DNA of 64,000 bases from Isurus oxyrinchus (taxonomy: Eukaryota): positions 15,872,001 through 15,936,000 of the forward strand of contig JANJGN010000034.1 of NCBI GenBank assembly GCA_026770705.1, written 5' to 3'. Made by a program: the position numbers and the translations under genes. Below, piece by piece: positions 1 to 10,768 of the stretch (the first letter of the stretch is position 1; each line of letters opens with the position of its first letter). The notes under the pieces are model-generated. The model was not told where the DNA came from and made no database searches. It saw only the letters and a program-made list of their open reading frames with translations.

Positions 1-346
1 TGTTCCTGAGCTCCACCTCACATTGTGCAGCCCATAGTCTGTGAATTTTGTCCCAAGGGGAGGTGAGCAATATCCTGATATATTTTCCATTTGTACACAC
101 GCTGGAAGGATACGTGATTCACAGTGCTGTCCAGCTGCTCTGTGCTTACAAATATCTAGCACTAGCTGGTTTTAGTTGAGGGCCCTTAATGCCTGAGCTT
201 TAACCTTCCCACAGAAATGAAAAGAGTGAGTTACTGATCAGTGTTTCTTGTAAATCGAGCATCACAGTGTAACCATGTGAAGCTTGGGATGTAATGTATC
301 AGCAGGGAGGTAATATCTGTGGATAAATACTTTCAATCTTTTCCAG

Positions 347-691
347 GTGACTCGCCTGTCCCAGTTTCTGGGTTCCTTGGGGAGCGGGTTGTGCTGCCCT
401 GTACCTACAAGGGGACTGTCCCAGTCTCGGATTTACAGGTAATCTGGGGCACACCCAATTATGAATTTTTACACAAGTTTGTCGATGGGAAAGATGATTT
501 GGCAGAACAAGACCCACGATTCAGAAACAGAACAAACCTGTTCAAAGATCAACTGGGACGAGGCAACTGGTCAGTTCTGATCTCTGACCTCAGGAAGTCA
601 GACCAGAACAAATATGAATGTCAGATTTACAGGAGGATGGGTTTGCGCTTTAGTTGGGAGCAAGTTGAGTCTGTTCTTCTTTCTGTGACAG
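347..691 (+). CDS. B7/butyrophilin-like single-IgV membrane protein, copy A: IgV exon
   Basis: Acceptor ttttccag|, donor g|gtgagc, 345 nt, phase 1-1. Encodes GDSPVPVSGFLGERVVLPCTY..VIW..EQDPRFRNRTNLFKDQLGRGNWSVLISDLRKSDQNKYEC..LSVT, with canonical V-set Cys/Trp/Cys and the B7/BTN-type 'Q..F.NRT.LF...L..GN.S..I' signature. The leader exon lies upstream of the window. Confidence 0.9.
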
Positions 692-842
692 GTGAGCGGT
701 TTCTGGTTTTGATATTCTTCATTTAATTTCTGATTTTATGCTTTCAGAAGTCAGTGATTATGTTGATGGACTAATTTAGAGTCTTTGAACATTTCTGCAG
801 TTTGTTTCACACACAATACTAAACACATGATGTTTTCTTTAG

Positions 843-881
843 AGCGACCTCAAACACCTGTACCGACCACGCCTGTACCAG
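843..881 (+). CDS. Copy A: Pro/Thr-rich stalk exon (ERPQTPVPTTPVP)
   Basis: ttttctttag| and g|gtaaat, 39 nt, phase 1-1; conserved in copy B (25531-25569). Confidence 0.8.
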
Positions 882-1613
882 GTAAATCTGATTCTAAACT
901 ACTGCATGTGTTTTCAGCTCTTACATTTGAACATGCTGCAGAGACAGGGAGTAAGATTGGAAGGTTTGAAATGCTGTGTGGTATTTCACCATAGAATGAT
1001 TCTGTGTGAGTGAGTGGTGTGGGTCACTGTTACCTGTAACTGGCCCTGAAACTACCTGGAATTGTTATTTCTGTTTCTGAGTCTCACCTTCCTGTCTCTC
1101 AGATACAAAACTCTTGAGGATCCCTGCTTCCCACTAGCATTCTGGAATTCTGTGTGGAAAGTCTTGGTACAATTATAACCAAACCCTCCTGCTGGGAAAC
1201 TGAGGGGATTTGGTGTAACACTGGTTGATGTCAGTGGAGAATAATATTGACCTGGGTGTAAATCTGTGTTTCACCCAATCCCGTGGCTTTCCTGATCTGC
1301 AAATTAGTTTAAAATTCCCGCTCTATTTCAGCGGACTGTTGGGTTTAATTGGAGGGAGTTTGTTGCTGGTCAGTGTCCAGTTATCTCAATTGGAAAGCAT
1401 GTATCCATCACATTGTGGGACAGTGTGTGTGCAAGAAGTTGTGGGGTGGTGTGGTGTGTGTGTGATTATTGGTATCTAACCTTCCTCCAGGACTAGAATT
1501 AATCAGAGATCTGTTTGTACTGGGGTTGGTTCTGAAACACTAGGTGCTGAAGGTCTCTGCTGTTAATTTTGTTAGTGTGTCCCAGTCTGTTAATGTCTTC
1601 ATTCTGTCTCCAG

Positions 1614-1743
1614 GTCCTGTACTTTGTACAGGAGCACGGCCTGGATTTGGATTTGGAATTGGAGTTGGAGTTGCTGTTGGTTTTTTTGCTGGAGTTTTGC
1701 TTTCTGGAATTGCGGTTTGTGTATTCCAAAGGCGACAAAAATG
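1614..1743 (+). CDS. Copy A: transmembrane exon
   Basis: ctccag| and tg|gtgagt, phase 1-2. Encodes GPVLCTGARPGFGFGIGVGVAVGFFAGVLLSGIAVCVF followed by the basic stop-transfer segment QRRQK. Confidence 0.85.
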
Positions 1744-2040
1744 GTGAGTTCTAGAATGTTTCATTGTTTCCAATTTAATCCTGTTTTTGTTTTATAATGT
1801 TTTCTTAAATGTTGCTGCCATCTAAACCTGTCCATTTACTGAGCTGTGAGAATGCTTCAATCCACCCTATCATTGAGCAGCATTATCCAATCACTTCCAG
1901 CTTGTCATCCTGCCCAGTCCGGTGCGAGTGCCCTGCCGCTGGCTCTCTGCCCGGCTGCAGGATGGCGCAGAGACCGAGTACTGCTTTCCGGGCCATAACT
2001 CCGGGATGGACGGTGGGATTGACACATGGTCAACAGCTGC

Positions 2041-2483
2041 TTGCGGGGCTTTTGTTATGAGGAGAGGTTGAGTTGGTTGGGCCTGTACTCATTGGAATTT
2101 AGAAGAATGAGAGGCGGCCTTATTTGAACATAAAAGATTCTTCAAGGGGCTTGACAGGGTAGAAGCGGTGAGGTTGTTTCCCCTTGTGGGAGAGTCTAGG
2201 ACCAGAGGGTATACTCTCAGAGCAAGGGTTCGCCCATTTAATACAGAGATGAGGAATTTCTTCTCTGAGGGTTGTGAATCTGCAGAGGGCTGTAGAGGCT
2301 GGGTCGTTAAGTATATTCAAGCCTGAGATAGATTTTTAATCAGTAAGGGAATCGGGGGTTATGGGGAAAAGGCAGGGAAGTGGAGTTCAGGATTATCAGA
2401 TCAGCCATGATCTCTTTGAATGGCAGAGCAGACTTGATGGGCTGAATGGCCTATTTCTGCTCCTGCATCTTATGGTCTTATGG
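2041..2483 (+). mobile_element. CR1-type LINE 3' fragment
   Basis: Typical CR1 ORF2 end and 3' UTR (tatgaggagaggttgag...gggctgaatggcctatttctgctcct) with a short tandem tail tcttatgg x2. Confidence 0.7.
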
Positions 2484-3738
2484 CTTGGCCGGCTACGGAA
2501 AACGGTAGCTGTGCGCTGCCCACAGCGCATTGCCTGGCCGAGCTAGAGCCCAGAGACCGGGAAGTGGTTTTGGTGAATAATTTTGGCGTGCTGTACCCGA
2601 ACACTTCGCTGCACAGGAGGCTGCTAGACAGCTGAGCAGGCAGTTTAACATCTCAGCTGAAAGACATTACTTCCAACAGTTCAGCACTCACTCACTCATT
2701 TTGGTATCTCCCCCCCCCCCGCCCCCTGTCGTTTGGGGGGTCCCGTGTCACAAGGGTTTGATTGTAAATCTGCCGCTGTTCATCCTTGAATTTATTTAGG
2801 ACTGAGATAGACAGATTTTAACATTCTCACCCTTTTATCAAACATTCTGTGGCCTCACTCCTCCCCATGTGTAACCTCCTTCCGCCCCACAACCCTCAGA
2901 TCTCTGCACTCCTCCAATTCTGGTGTCTTCAGAATCCCTGATTTTCCATCGCTGCATCATTGGTGGCTGAGCCTTTAGCTGCCTGGGCCCGAACTCTGGA
3001 ATTTCCTCCCTCAAGCTCTGCCTGTCTGTGTGTGTCTGTGTCTGTCTCTCTTCCTTACCTCCCAACAACACCATTTGCTCCTTAAAGCCTACCTCACTGC
3101 CTGAACCCTTGTGTAGCTCAGTGTCAAATTTTGTTTCATAAGCATTTAGGATATGTTCTGTTCAAGGTTCTATATAAACACAAGTTGTTGTTGTTCAGTC
3201 TCCTCCTGCACTTTCCAAACCACCGCCCTTTAACCCGGATATTAGATGTTTCAGTCACTGGGAAGGCCATCTCGAATTCCCTTCGCTCACTCAATATCCG
3301 CATCTCCGTGCTCACCACCTGTCTCCACATACACCCCTTGCAGTGGGAGGAGGAACTATTGTAGGGTTCTCTAACTCTATCCTCTGGCCCTCCCTCTGTC
3401 GGTCAGCACAGCTCCTGTGGAGTGTCCAGCTCTTGCCCATTGCCTCCCCTGTGAGCCTGCTCTCCTCTACAGTCTGTGCTCCATCAGCATGCGGCTCCTG
3501 TGACCCATTTTCCAGCTGCCATTGGTGCCCAGGATGTTGAGTGTAATTTAATCAGGTCTGTGCTCCTGTACGGCTCCTTTACACACTTGTCCAAAGTGTT
3601 GGATCCTTTTAATGTCGCTTGAACTCTGCTGGTTTTTCTGTCCTAGGAAACAAAATAGACACCAGAACACAAAATAGACACCAGAACACTCAAAATGAAG
3701 CGTCTTACATTGTCACAGTAATGGTTTTTCTCTCCTAG

Positions 3739-3904
3739 GAATTGTGTTCAAAATCGACACTCCAACAATCGAAATGAAGGACCTAATGATGTCCCTTTGA
3801 CAGGGGTGAGCTGTCCAGGTGAAGCACGGGGCCTTGTGACAACAGCACCTGAGCATCAGGATGGAGAAGAAAACCTTGTGGGGAACGGGACTGTCCAGCA
3901 CTGA
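3739..3904 (+). CDS. Copy A: cytoplasmic terminal exon
   Basis: Acceptor tttttctctcctag|, phase 2. Reads NCVQNRHSNNRNEGPNDVPLTGVSCPGEARGLVTTAPEHQDGEENLVGNGTVQH*, homologous to copy B 27865-28018. An internal donor ggg|gtgagc at 3805 is also possible. Candidate poly(A) signal ATTAAA at 4914-4919. Confidence 0.6.
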
Positions 3905-4196
3905 CTGAGTTTCCCCAGCACTGAGCCTGTGTCAGGGAGGGGGAAATCAGGCCAGTATTGTGGTTATCTAGTGATTCCTGGTGGAATGTCTGAGCTCAGG
4001 ATTGGGATCAACAATCACTTCCCACTTTGTACAAACTGTCCTGACCAGCACAATCTCAGGAGGGAAACTCCCAGTGGAACTCTAATCCCTTTACTAAGAA
4101 AACTGTCCAAGTATTTCATTCTCTGCATTATCTCTCAGCATTCCTGTTACAGAATGTGTCCAAACCCAATCTCAGGAATGTACAGGACCATCTTTA

Positions 4197-4400
4197 ACAA
4201 AAACAGAATTACCTGGAAAAACTCAGCAGGTCTGGCAGCATCGGCGGAGAAGAAAAGAGTTGACGTTTCGAGTCCTCATGACCCTTCGACAGAACTTGAG
4301 TTCGAGTCCAAGAAAGAGTTGAAATATAAGCTGGTTTAAGGTGTGTGGGGGGGCGGAGCGAGAGAGAGAGAGAGAGAGAAGTGGAGGGGGGGGTGGGGCT
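4197..4400 (-). mobile_element. Penelope-like element 3' terminal fragment with a hammerhead-like motif
   Basis: Near-identical to the end of the GIY-YIG-encoding element at 13638-13820. Confidence 0.75.
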
Positions 4401-5699
4401 GTGTAACCCATTGATCACTCCCTGTGTGAGATGGTAACTTCCTACTGATGAGTGAGTGGGAACATCTGGCAGTTCCTGGCGTGTTTATTCACTTGGTGTG
4501 GATGATGCTGCCAGGGTCCTATTTATTGTCCATCTCTGCTTGAACCACTGCAGTCTTGTCGTGATTTGTGCTCCCATAGAGGTAAATATGGGAAGAGGCT
4601 TCAGAAACTCCCTCTGCAGCAGCATCCGCTCGGTAAAAACCAGCAACGACATTATTGTCAGCAACTGTTTTATATCCTGAATTCAGATTGTAGATGGTTC
4701 ACAGATTGAAACTGTTTCTTGCCAGAAATTATGTAGATATGTTCGGTATATTTTAATTTTGTCTTTTTTATATAGTTTTTTGTGGCAAACAGTGAGTGGT
4801 CATATTTTACAAAGGATGTATAAAATTTCTAATGTAAATATTTTCTGAATGTGTCTATACGTTTCTGTCTGGTATATTTTTTTCTTTTCTACATGTCATT
4901 GATCCAAGGTCTAATTAAAGATAAACCAATGCTGAAATGAGTGGATCTACAGTCTGATGTTTAATGACTCTGGTAGTCACTGCCTGAACAGAGGTCATGC
5001 TGTCTGCAGGCAGTAAGTCTCCCGATGTGAGAAGTGAATGAGATTGGCTGAAGACTGGTATCTGTGATTGTGGGAACTTCCGGAGGACAGGAATGATCAT
5101 GCAGTCAGCCTTTCTGGTGATTGGGCATTAGGGGACGGGGAGGTGTGGGGGAGAGGGATTGGGAGGGAGGGAGTGTGTGATCACCCTTTACCTTTCCTGG
5201 GGTGGAAGTGGTTTTGGCGTGAACAAACAGAGCAATTCAACTTCTTCAGGGGTGGAGACCCTTACACAGACACGGAGAGAAAATACAGGAACATGGAAAT
5301 AGTATTCACACATCACAATAGCAACTGAATAATGATAGGAGTCCAGACTTGTTGAACCTCGTCATGAACAAGTTATATTTTATAATGTTAAAGGTGTTTT
5401 ATAAATGTCCCAAGGTGCTTCACAGGAACATGCTAAAAGAGAATTTGATACCAAACCACATCTGGAGACATTAGGTCAGAGGATGAAAATGAGATCAGTT
5501 TTCCAGAGCTTGGAGCCCAGACAACTGAATTGCAGACACCTTTTAAGGAAAAATTCTCTTTTAATATAAATGTGGTTACATTGCAGCCCCCAAAAACACA
5601 AATTCTCTTTGGCTGCCAGTTTCTCCTCCTGCCTCCATCCTTCTCCACCTGGCTGAACTTGTTCTCACCTTTACCTCCACTCACTCACTTTACATCAAA

Positions 5700-6245
5700 G
5701 GTGTGAGCTATGAGCACCCACGTGGACACTAGCTCTGCCGGCCTTTTAGAAGGATATGTGGAACTTTCCTTGGTCCAGTCCTACTCGGGCCCCATCCCCC
5801 ACCTCTTTTACTGCTGCGTTGATGACGATGACTGAATTGGTGCTGCTTTAGACTCTCAGCCTGAACTGGAAAATTTCTTCAACTCTGCTTTCATTTTCCA
5901 CCCTTTCCTCACTTTCACACAGTCCATTTCCAACTCTTGCTTTCCTCAAATTCTCTGTCACCATTTCTGGGGATGGCCTGTCAAAGAATATTCACTAGAA
6001 TCCCCCCCAATCCCACAGTTACCTCGACGATACTTCTCACAAGTTTCTCCCACTTGGTAACTTCTGTTCTGATCGTACAACTGATCTTTTTCCTTAACCA
6101 ATTCCCCAACACTGTGGTTAACAAGACCCCCATCCCATTTCCTGCACTTATTCTCTCACCCCTCTGACCCCTCCCACCCTACCCCCATTGCCCACTGAAC
6201 ACCATGTCAGTAGTCCCCTTGTCCTCACCTTCCACCCCACCAGTC
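5700..6245 (+). mobile_element. Degenerate Penelope-like RT fragment
   Basis: Decayed similarity to the RT region (GVAMGTRMGP...) of the element at 14800-15330. Confidence 0.5.
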
Positions 6246-7374
6246 TGGAGTGGGGTTTAAACCCACAGCCTTCAGACTCTGAGTGAGAGTGTTACCCACT
6301 GAGTCATGGCTGACGTGGGATACCTGCAGCCCTCTGTTAGCCCCACATTAACATCCATCCTTCATCTGTCAGAGTTTTGACAGAGGGGATTTAATTTCAC
6401 AAGGTTTAATCCTCAATGTGGATCCTCACTCAGGGTAAGTGAGCGTTGGAACATTTGACCAGCTGTGTTGTAGCCCTTTCTCTGTGACTACATTCACTGT
6501 GTAGGAAGACTCGCTGCTGAGAGCAGAGCCTTGTTAGACAACTCCTTTAGATTCAGCAGTTTATCTAACATTGCATTGAAGCCTGATCCTGATGTCCAGC
6601 AGGAGTTTCCAGACAGGGACCAGGACAGGAATGTCAACAAGTCATTCCCCTCTCTCACTCTGAGCACTGAGATCAATATTAGCTGCTGCTCTGGTTGAGG
6701 CATCTTTTCCCTCTGGGGTCCAGATGGTCCTTTAGTCAGATCCACGTGAAGGGATGTTAGAGGAAAAAACATATTCAAAGTTTTAGGCAGATTCTCAAAG
6801 AAGGGAAGAGAGATGTGGGGAGGTTTAATCTGGCATCGCAGTGAAGCTGGTGTCGGCCTGAATTTCATGCTCAGCTCTCCGGAGCGGCTCTGTGAACTCA
6901 CGACCTTCCGACTCAGAGCTACCACTGAACCGCAGGGTAGTTGGGATGCTGGGGGAGGTTTCAGTCCCTCACACCACCGGGTCCCTTACGCACTGTATGG
7001 TACAGGGGAATAGGCGGGGCTGTACATCCCACACTGGGAACATCCATTTCAAACACATCAGAAATAGGAGCAGGAGGAGGCCATTCAGCCCCTCAACACC
7101 CTTTCCCCCCCTCATTAATATCATGCCTGATCTTGTACATCAACTCCACTTTCCACCTGATCATCATATCCTGGAATTCCCTTCAAGTCAAAATCTCTCA
7201 GCCTTGAATATACCGGTTGGCTTTCACATCTCCTGGGATCCAATTCAGGACAGCATTGATTCAGTGCTGAGTGTCTGTATTAAAATCCAACAATGACTTA
7301 GTGGGATCACTCTCACTTCTGAATCCCATTCCAGAGACATGAGCCCCATATCCAGTCTAACATTCCCAGTGCAA

Positions 7375-7605
7375 TATTGAGGGAGTGCTGCACTTTCGGA
7401 GCGTCAGCACTGAGGGAGTGCTGCACTGTCGGAGCATCAGTACTGAGGGAGCGCTGCACTGTTGGAGCTTCAGTACTGAGGGAGTGCTGCACTGTCGGAG
7501 GATCAGTACTGAGGGAGTTCTGCATAATCAGACGGCCAATACTGAGGGAGTGCTGCACTTTTGGAGGGTCAGTAATGAGGGAGTGCTGCACTCTTGGAGG
7601 GTCCT
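7375..7605 (-). repeat. 33-bp SINE-derived minisatellite
   Basis: About 7 copies of actgagggagtgctgcactgtcggagggtcagt; the reverse complement of the array at 44055-44395. Confidence 0.8.
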
Positions 7606-8189
7606 CATGTCTGGACAGCTGAACTGTTGGATATGCTGTTGTTCGGATGAAACATTGAACCGAAGCCTGTCTGTTCTCTCAGAACAATGAGAAAAATCCC
7701 ATGGTCACTATTTGGAAGTTAATCGGAGGGAGTTTTCCCGTAGACCTGGACCCAATATTTATCCCTAAACCCACATCATTAAAAACAGGTGATCTGATTT
7801 TGTCCTGACCCAGCATTTGTGGGAGCTTAAAAACAAAACTAAAAATACCTGGAAAAACTCGGCAGGTCTGGCAGCATCTGCGGAGAGGAACAAAGTTAAC
7901 GTTTCGAGTCCGTAGGACTCTGTATGACTGTGGGATCTTGCTGTGCACAAATTCACTACCGCATTTCATGCATTACCATGGTTCAAAAACATTCATTTCG
8001 CAGTTTGTATATTATTTTATTGTAAGTAGTAAAGTATGTTGTTGATTATAAATCACTTTGGGAGATCTTGTGGCCATGAAAGCTGCTATATCAATGCAAG
8101 TCTTGTCATCAAAGACGCTCAATAATCTCCCTGCAATACTGGCCTTTGTTCACCTGGTGGCGCTGGTGCTCAGCAGCGGCATCAAGTGA

Positions 8190-8353
8190 CTGACTCGCTG
8201 GCTGTGGAGAGACCATGATCATGAAGCTGGTTCTCCCAGGACGAGACCAGCCCATTGCACTTCGGGTGTGCTGACGCCTGCGATGTCCCCAAATGCGGGA
8301 TACTCGACTGCAAAATTTGTGGTAGTGGGGGACTCCGTTCGTGCTCTCCCCAG
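8190..8353 (+). ncRNA. RNU1: U1 snRNA copy (variant or pseudogene)
   Basis: Full-length colinearity with vertebrate U1: ctggc..ggagagaccatgatcatgaag, U1A loop attgcac, Sm site aatttgtg, 3' stem-loop gggggact..ctcccc. The 5' ATACTTACC is replaced by ctgactcgc, and an A-rich tail follows. Confidence 0.9.
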
Positions 8354-8365
8354 AAAAATAAAGAA

Positions 8366-8575
8366 ACCCTTTAATACAGGAACCAGACTCTGGGTTTATC
8401 TGACTGAACCCCTTTAATTCAGGAACCAGACTCTGGGTTTATCTGACTGAACCCCTTTAATACAGGAACCAGACTCTGGGTTTATCTGACTGAACCCCTT
8501 TAATTCAGGAACCAGACTCTGGGTTTATCTGACTGAACCCCTTTCATACAGGAACCAGACTCTGCGTTGATCTGG
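8366..8575 (+). repeat. 43-bp minisatellite, short array
   Basis: About 5 copies of aggaaccagactctgggtttatctgactgaacccctttaatac. Confidence 0.9.
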
Positions 8576-8614
8576 CCGGATGTTATTCCCTCAAAAGGGA
8601 AATATTGGGCAAAC

Positions 8615-8945
8615 TAAATCCAGAGTTCCATGGATGAAAAAAGATAGAAATTCAGATCAGAAGAGAAATCTTTGCTTCTGACAGGTGTGGGGTAGAAAAT
8701 GCAATCAAGAACCAGGCTGAGTATAACAGGGTCTCCAGGGAGGTGGAAGAGGAATTAACAGAAGCAAAGAGGGAGTATGAAAAGAGACCGGCAGCTGACG
8801 TAAAAGCGAATCGCAAAGTCTTCGATGGGAAATAGACAGTAAAAAAGGTGGTTACAGCGGGAGTCGGTGCAATGAGGGACAAGAAAGTGGATATGAACAT
8901 GGATGCAGAGGCCTTGATTGAGATATTAAGTAAATACTTTGCAAC
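8615..8945 (+). mobile_element. CR1-type LINE ORF2 fragment
   Basis: Decayed ORF2 linker sequence (AKREYEKR..NRKVF..KKVV..LSKYFA), homologous to part of the 18885-20005 element. Confidence 0.55.
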
Positions 8946-8949
8946 CAAG

Positions 8950-9525
8950 GTGGCAACAAAAACACCGTAGACAAGAAATCTCCAGTCAATAAAGCGACAG
9001 ACAAGAAATCTCCAGTCAATAAAGCGACAGACAAGAAATCTCCAGTCAATAAAGCGACAGACAAGAAATCTCCAGTCAATAAAGCGACAGACAAGAAATC
9101 TCCAGTCAATAAAGCGACAGACAAGAAATCTCCAGTCAATAAAGCGACAGACAACGAAATGATCAGCCAGAAAGCAACAAGACCAAACAAGTCAGTGAAG
9201 AAAGCAGCGCTTCAGGGAACATCTCCTGTGAAGATGGTCACGGGTGGAAAGGCTTTAAAAAAAGTGAATAACTCGAAGGCCCAGCTCAAAGTGAAAGGAA
9301 CAAAGACTAAGAAAGCAGTACAAAAACAGAATTACCTGGAAAAACTCAGCAGGTCTGGCAGCATCGGCGGAGAAGAAAAGAGTTGACGTTTCGAGTCCTC
9401 ATGACCCTTCGACAGAACTTGAGAAAGCCAGTGTCCGGAAGGAAGTGAAAGCGGCCGTGCAGATTGTAAAGAGCTGAACCCAGAGGCCCTTCTCAGAGTC
9501 TCCCAGGTCTCTCAGGAAAGAGCTG
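8950..9525 (+). pseudogene. H1: Histone H1 C-terminal remnant with stem-loop and HDE
   Basis: Lys-rich frame (KKSPVNKATD x6, ..SVKKAA..SPVK..KKVNNSKAQLKVKGTKTKKA) interrupted by a Penelope end at about 9320-9420; likely stop at 9446-9448. Degenerate histone stem-loop aacccaga-ggcccttctcagagtc-tccca (9485-9500) and U7-binding HDE aaagagctg (9517-9525). Confidence 0.7.
8971..9150 (+). repeat. 30-bp in-frame tandem repeat (6 identical copies) in the H1 remnant
   Basis: acaagaaatctccagtcaataaagcgacag x6. Confidence 0.95.
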
Positions 9526-10237
9526 AACCCTGGATCCAATGATCCCTGTCCCGGGACTGAGAGCAGATTTCAGATAGAAATGAATTTGAGTAGATGCAGG
9601 ATTGCCGGTCACTCGGTGACGTGTTGTACACCCAGACCCTTCCCCACCTCCCGCCAGTCTCTCCAATAAAACAGGGGGATGTCCATGTCCCATTCAGACT
9701 GGGGATTCGCTCAGTTTCAATCAGTTTCAGCTGGTTTCCATTTCACAGATTCAGGGTGAGAGTGTGTGAGAGACAGTCACCCTGAGAGAGAAACCCCGCC
9801 CCTCCCCATCACAACTCAAACCCTAACACATGACTTAGTCTAGATCAGCTGGAGACAGAGTGAGTGTTAATAGACTGTTCAATCTGTCCGGGAGGACAGG
9901 TGTGTGGGAATGGAATAAAAACTGGGATTGAACTGGAAACAGACGGGTTGAGTTGTTATAGAAAGGACTGGATTTAGGCGGGAGTATTCCTGACTTTTCA
10001 TTATTGTAACAGGCCTGGATTTAAAAACTCCGCCTGTCTAGTATGTCTGAATATGAAGTTCCGGTCTGTAAGTTTTGTGTGCAGGGCTATGTTTCGATTG
10101 TATTGGGAAAATTTTTTATTAAGAGATGTGGCTTGGAGCAAGCAGGAGGCGGAGCTGGATGATCAAAGACATTTCTCTGTCTGTCTGTCACTCAGTTTTC
10201 CTCTCTGTCCCTTTCTCAGTCAGCTCAGGCTGGGCTG

Positions 10238-10355
10238 TATAAAACAGCCACAGGAAGCAGCTCATCTCTCATTCAGCAGTGATCAGAGTGAGGAATCATC
10301 ATGTCTGGCACAGGGAGAGGGGCTAAAGCACTGGGGCAATCTCGGAGCAAAGCGA
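10238..10355 (+). pseudogene. H4: Histone H4 promoter and 5' coding remnant
   Basis: TATAAAA at 10238-10244 and ATG at 10301. Reads MSGTGRGAKALGQ, then a +1 frameshift, then GAKR, versus H4 [18 protein letters not shown]. Confidence 0.65.
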
Positions 10356-10479
10356 AGTGGATTGAGGGACGGGGCTGAATCGAGTCCCAGCTCTCGGGCG
10401 GACTCTCCACTGTTTTCAACAGGCAGCCCCCAAGCAGCCTCTACATTAACAGGGTTTGTGTTCCAGACCGTTTAACACA

Positions 10480-10768
10480 CTGAGCGGAACTAAGCAGACA
10501 GCTCGCAAATGCAGCGGAGGGAAAGCTCCCCGCAAACAGCCGCCCAAAGCGTTCTCCAGCCAGGGCCGGAGTGAAGGAACCTCCTGGTGACAGAGCCGGC
10601 ACTGGGACTCTGCGGGAAAGCCGCCGCTGCCACAATCGCACCGAGCGGCTCACCCGCAAACTGCCCGTCCGGTGGCTGGTGTGAGAGATCAGTCAGGACT
10701 TCAAGACAGAGCTGCTCTTCCAGTGAAAGGCGCTTATGAGGCTGCAGGAGGCCAGTGAGGTTCACCTG
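10480..10768 (+). pseudogene. H3: Histone H3 pseudogene (3'-truncated)
   Basis: (L)SGTKQTARKCSGGKAPRKQ..GVKEP..GTGTLRE.RR..TERLTRKLP..LV*EISQDFKTELLFQ*..LQEASEVHL. The start codon is lost and there are in-frame stops and a deletion. Confidence 0.9.

Noticed and set aside
1332-1368. 37-nt segment with AG/GT borders conserved in both B7-like copies
   Set aside because: In the phase-1 frame required by the flanking exons it reaches TAA, and the donor is weak.
6494-6925. 143-aa minus-strand ORF in non-repeat sequence
   Set aside because: Non-ATG start, no recognisable motif and no convincing splice signals.
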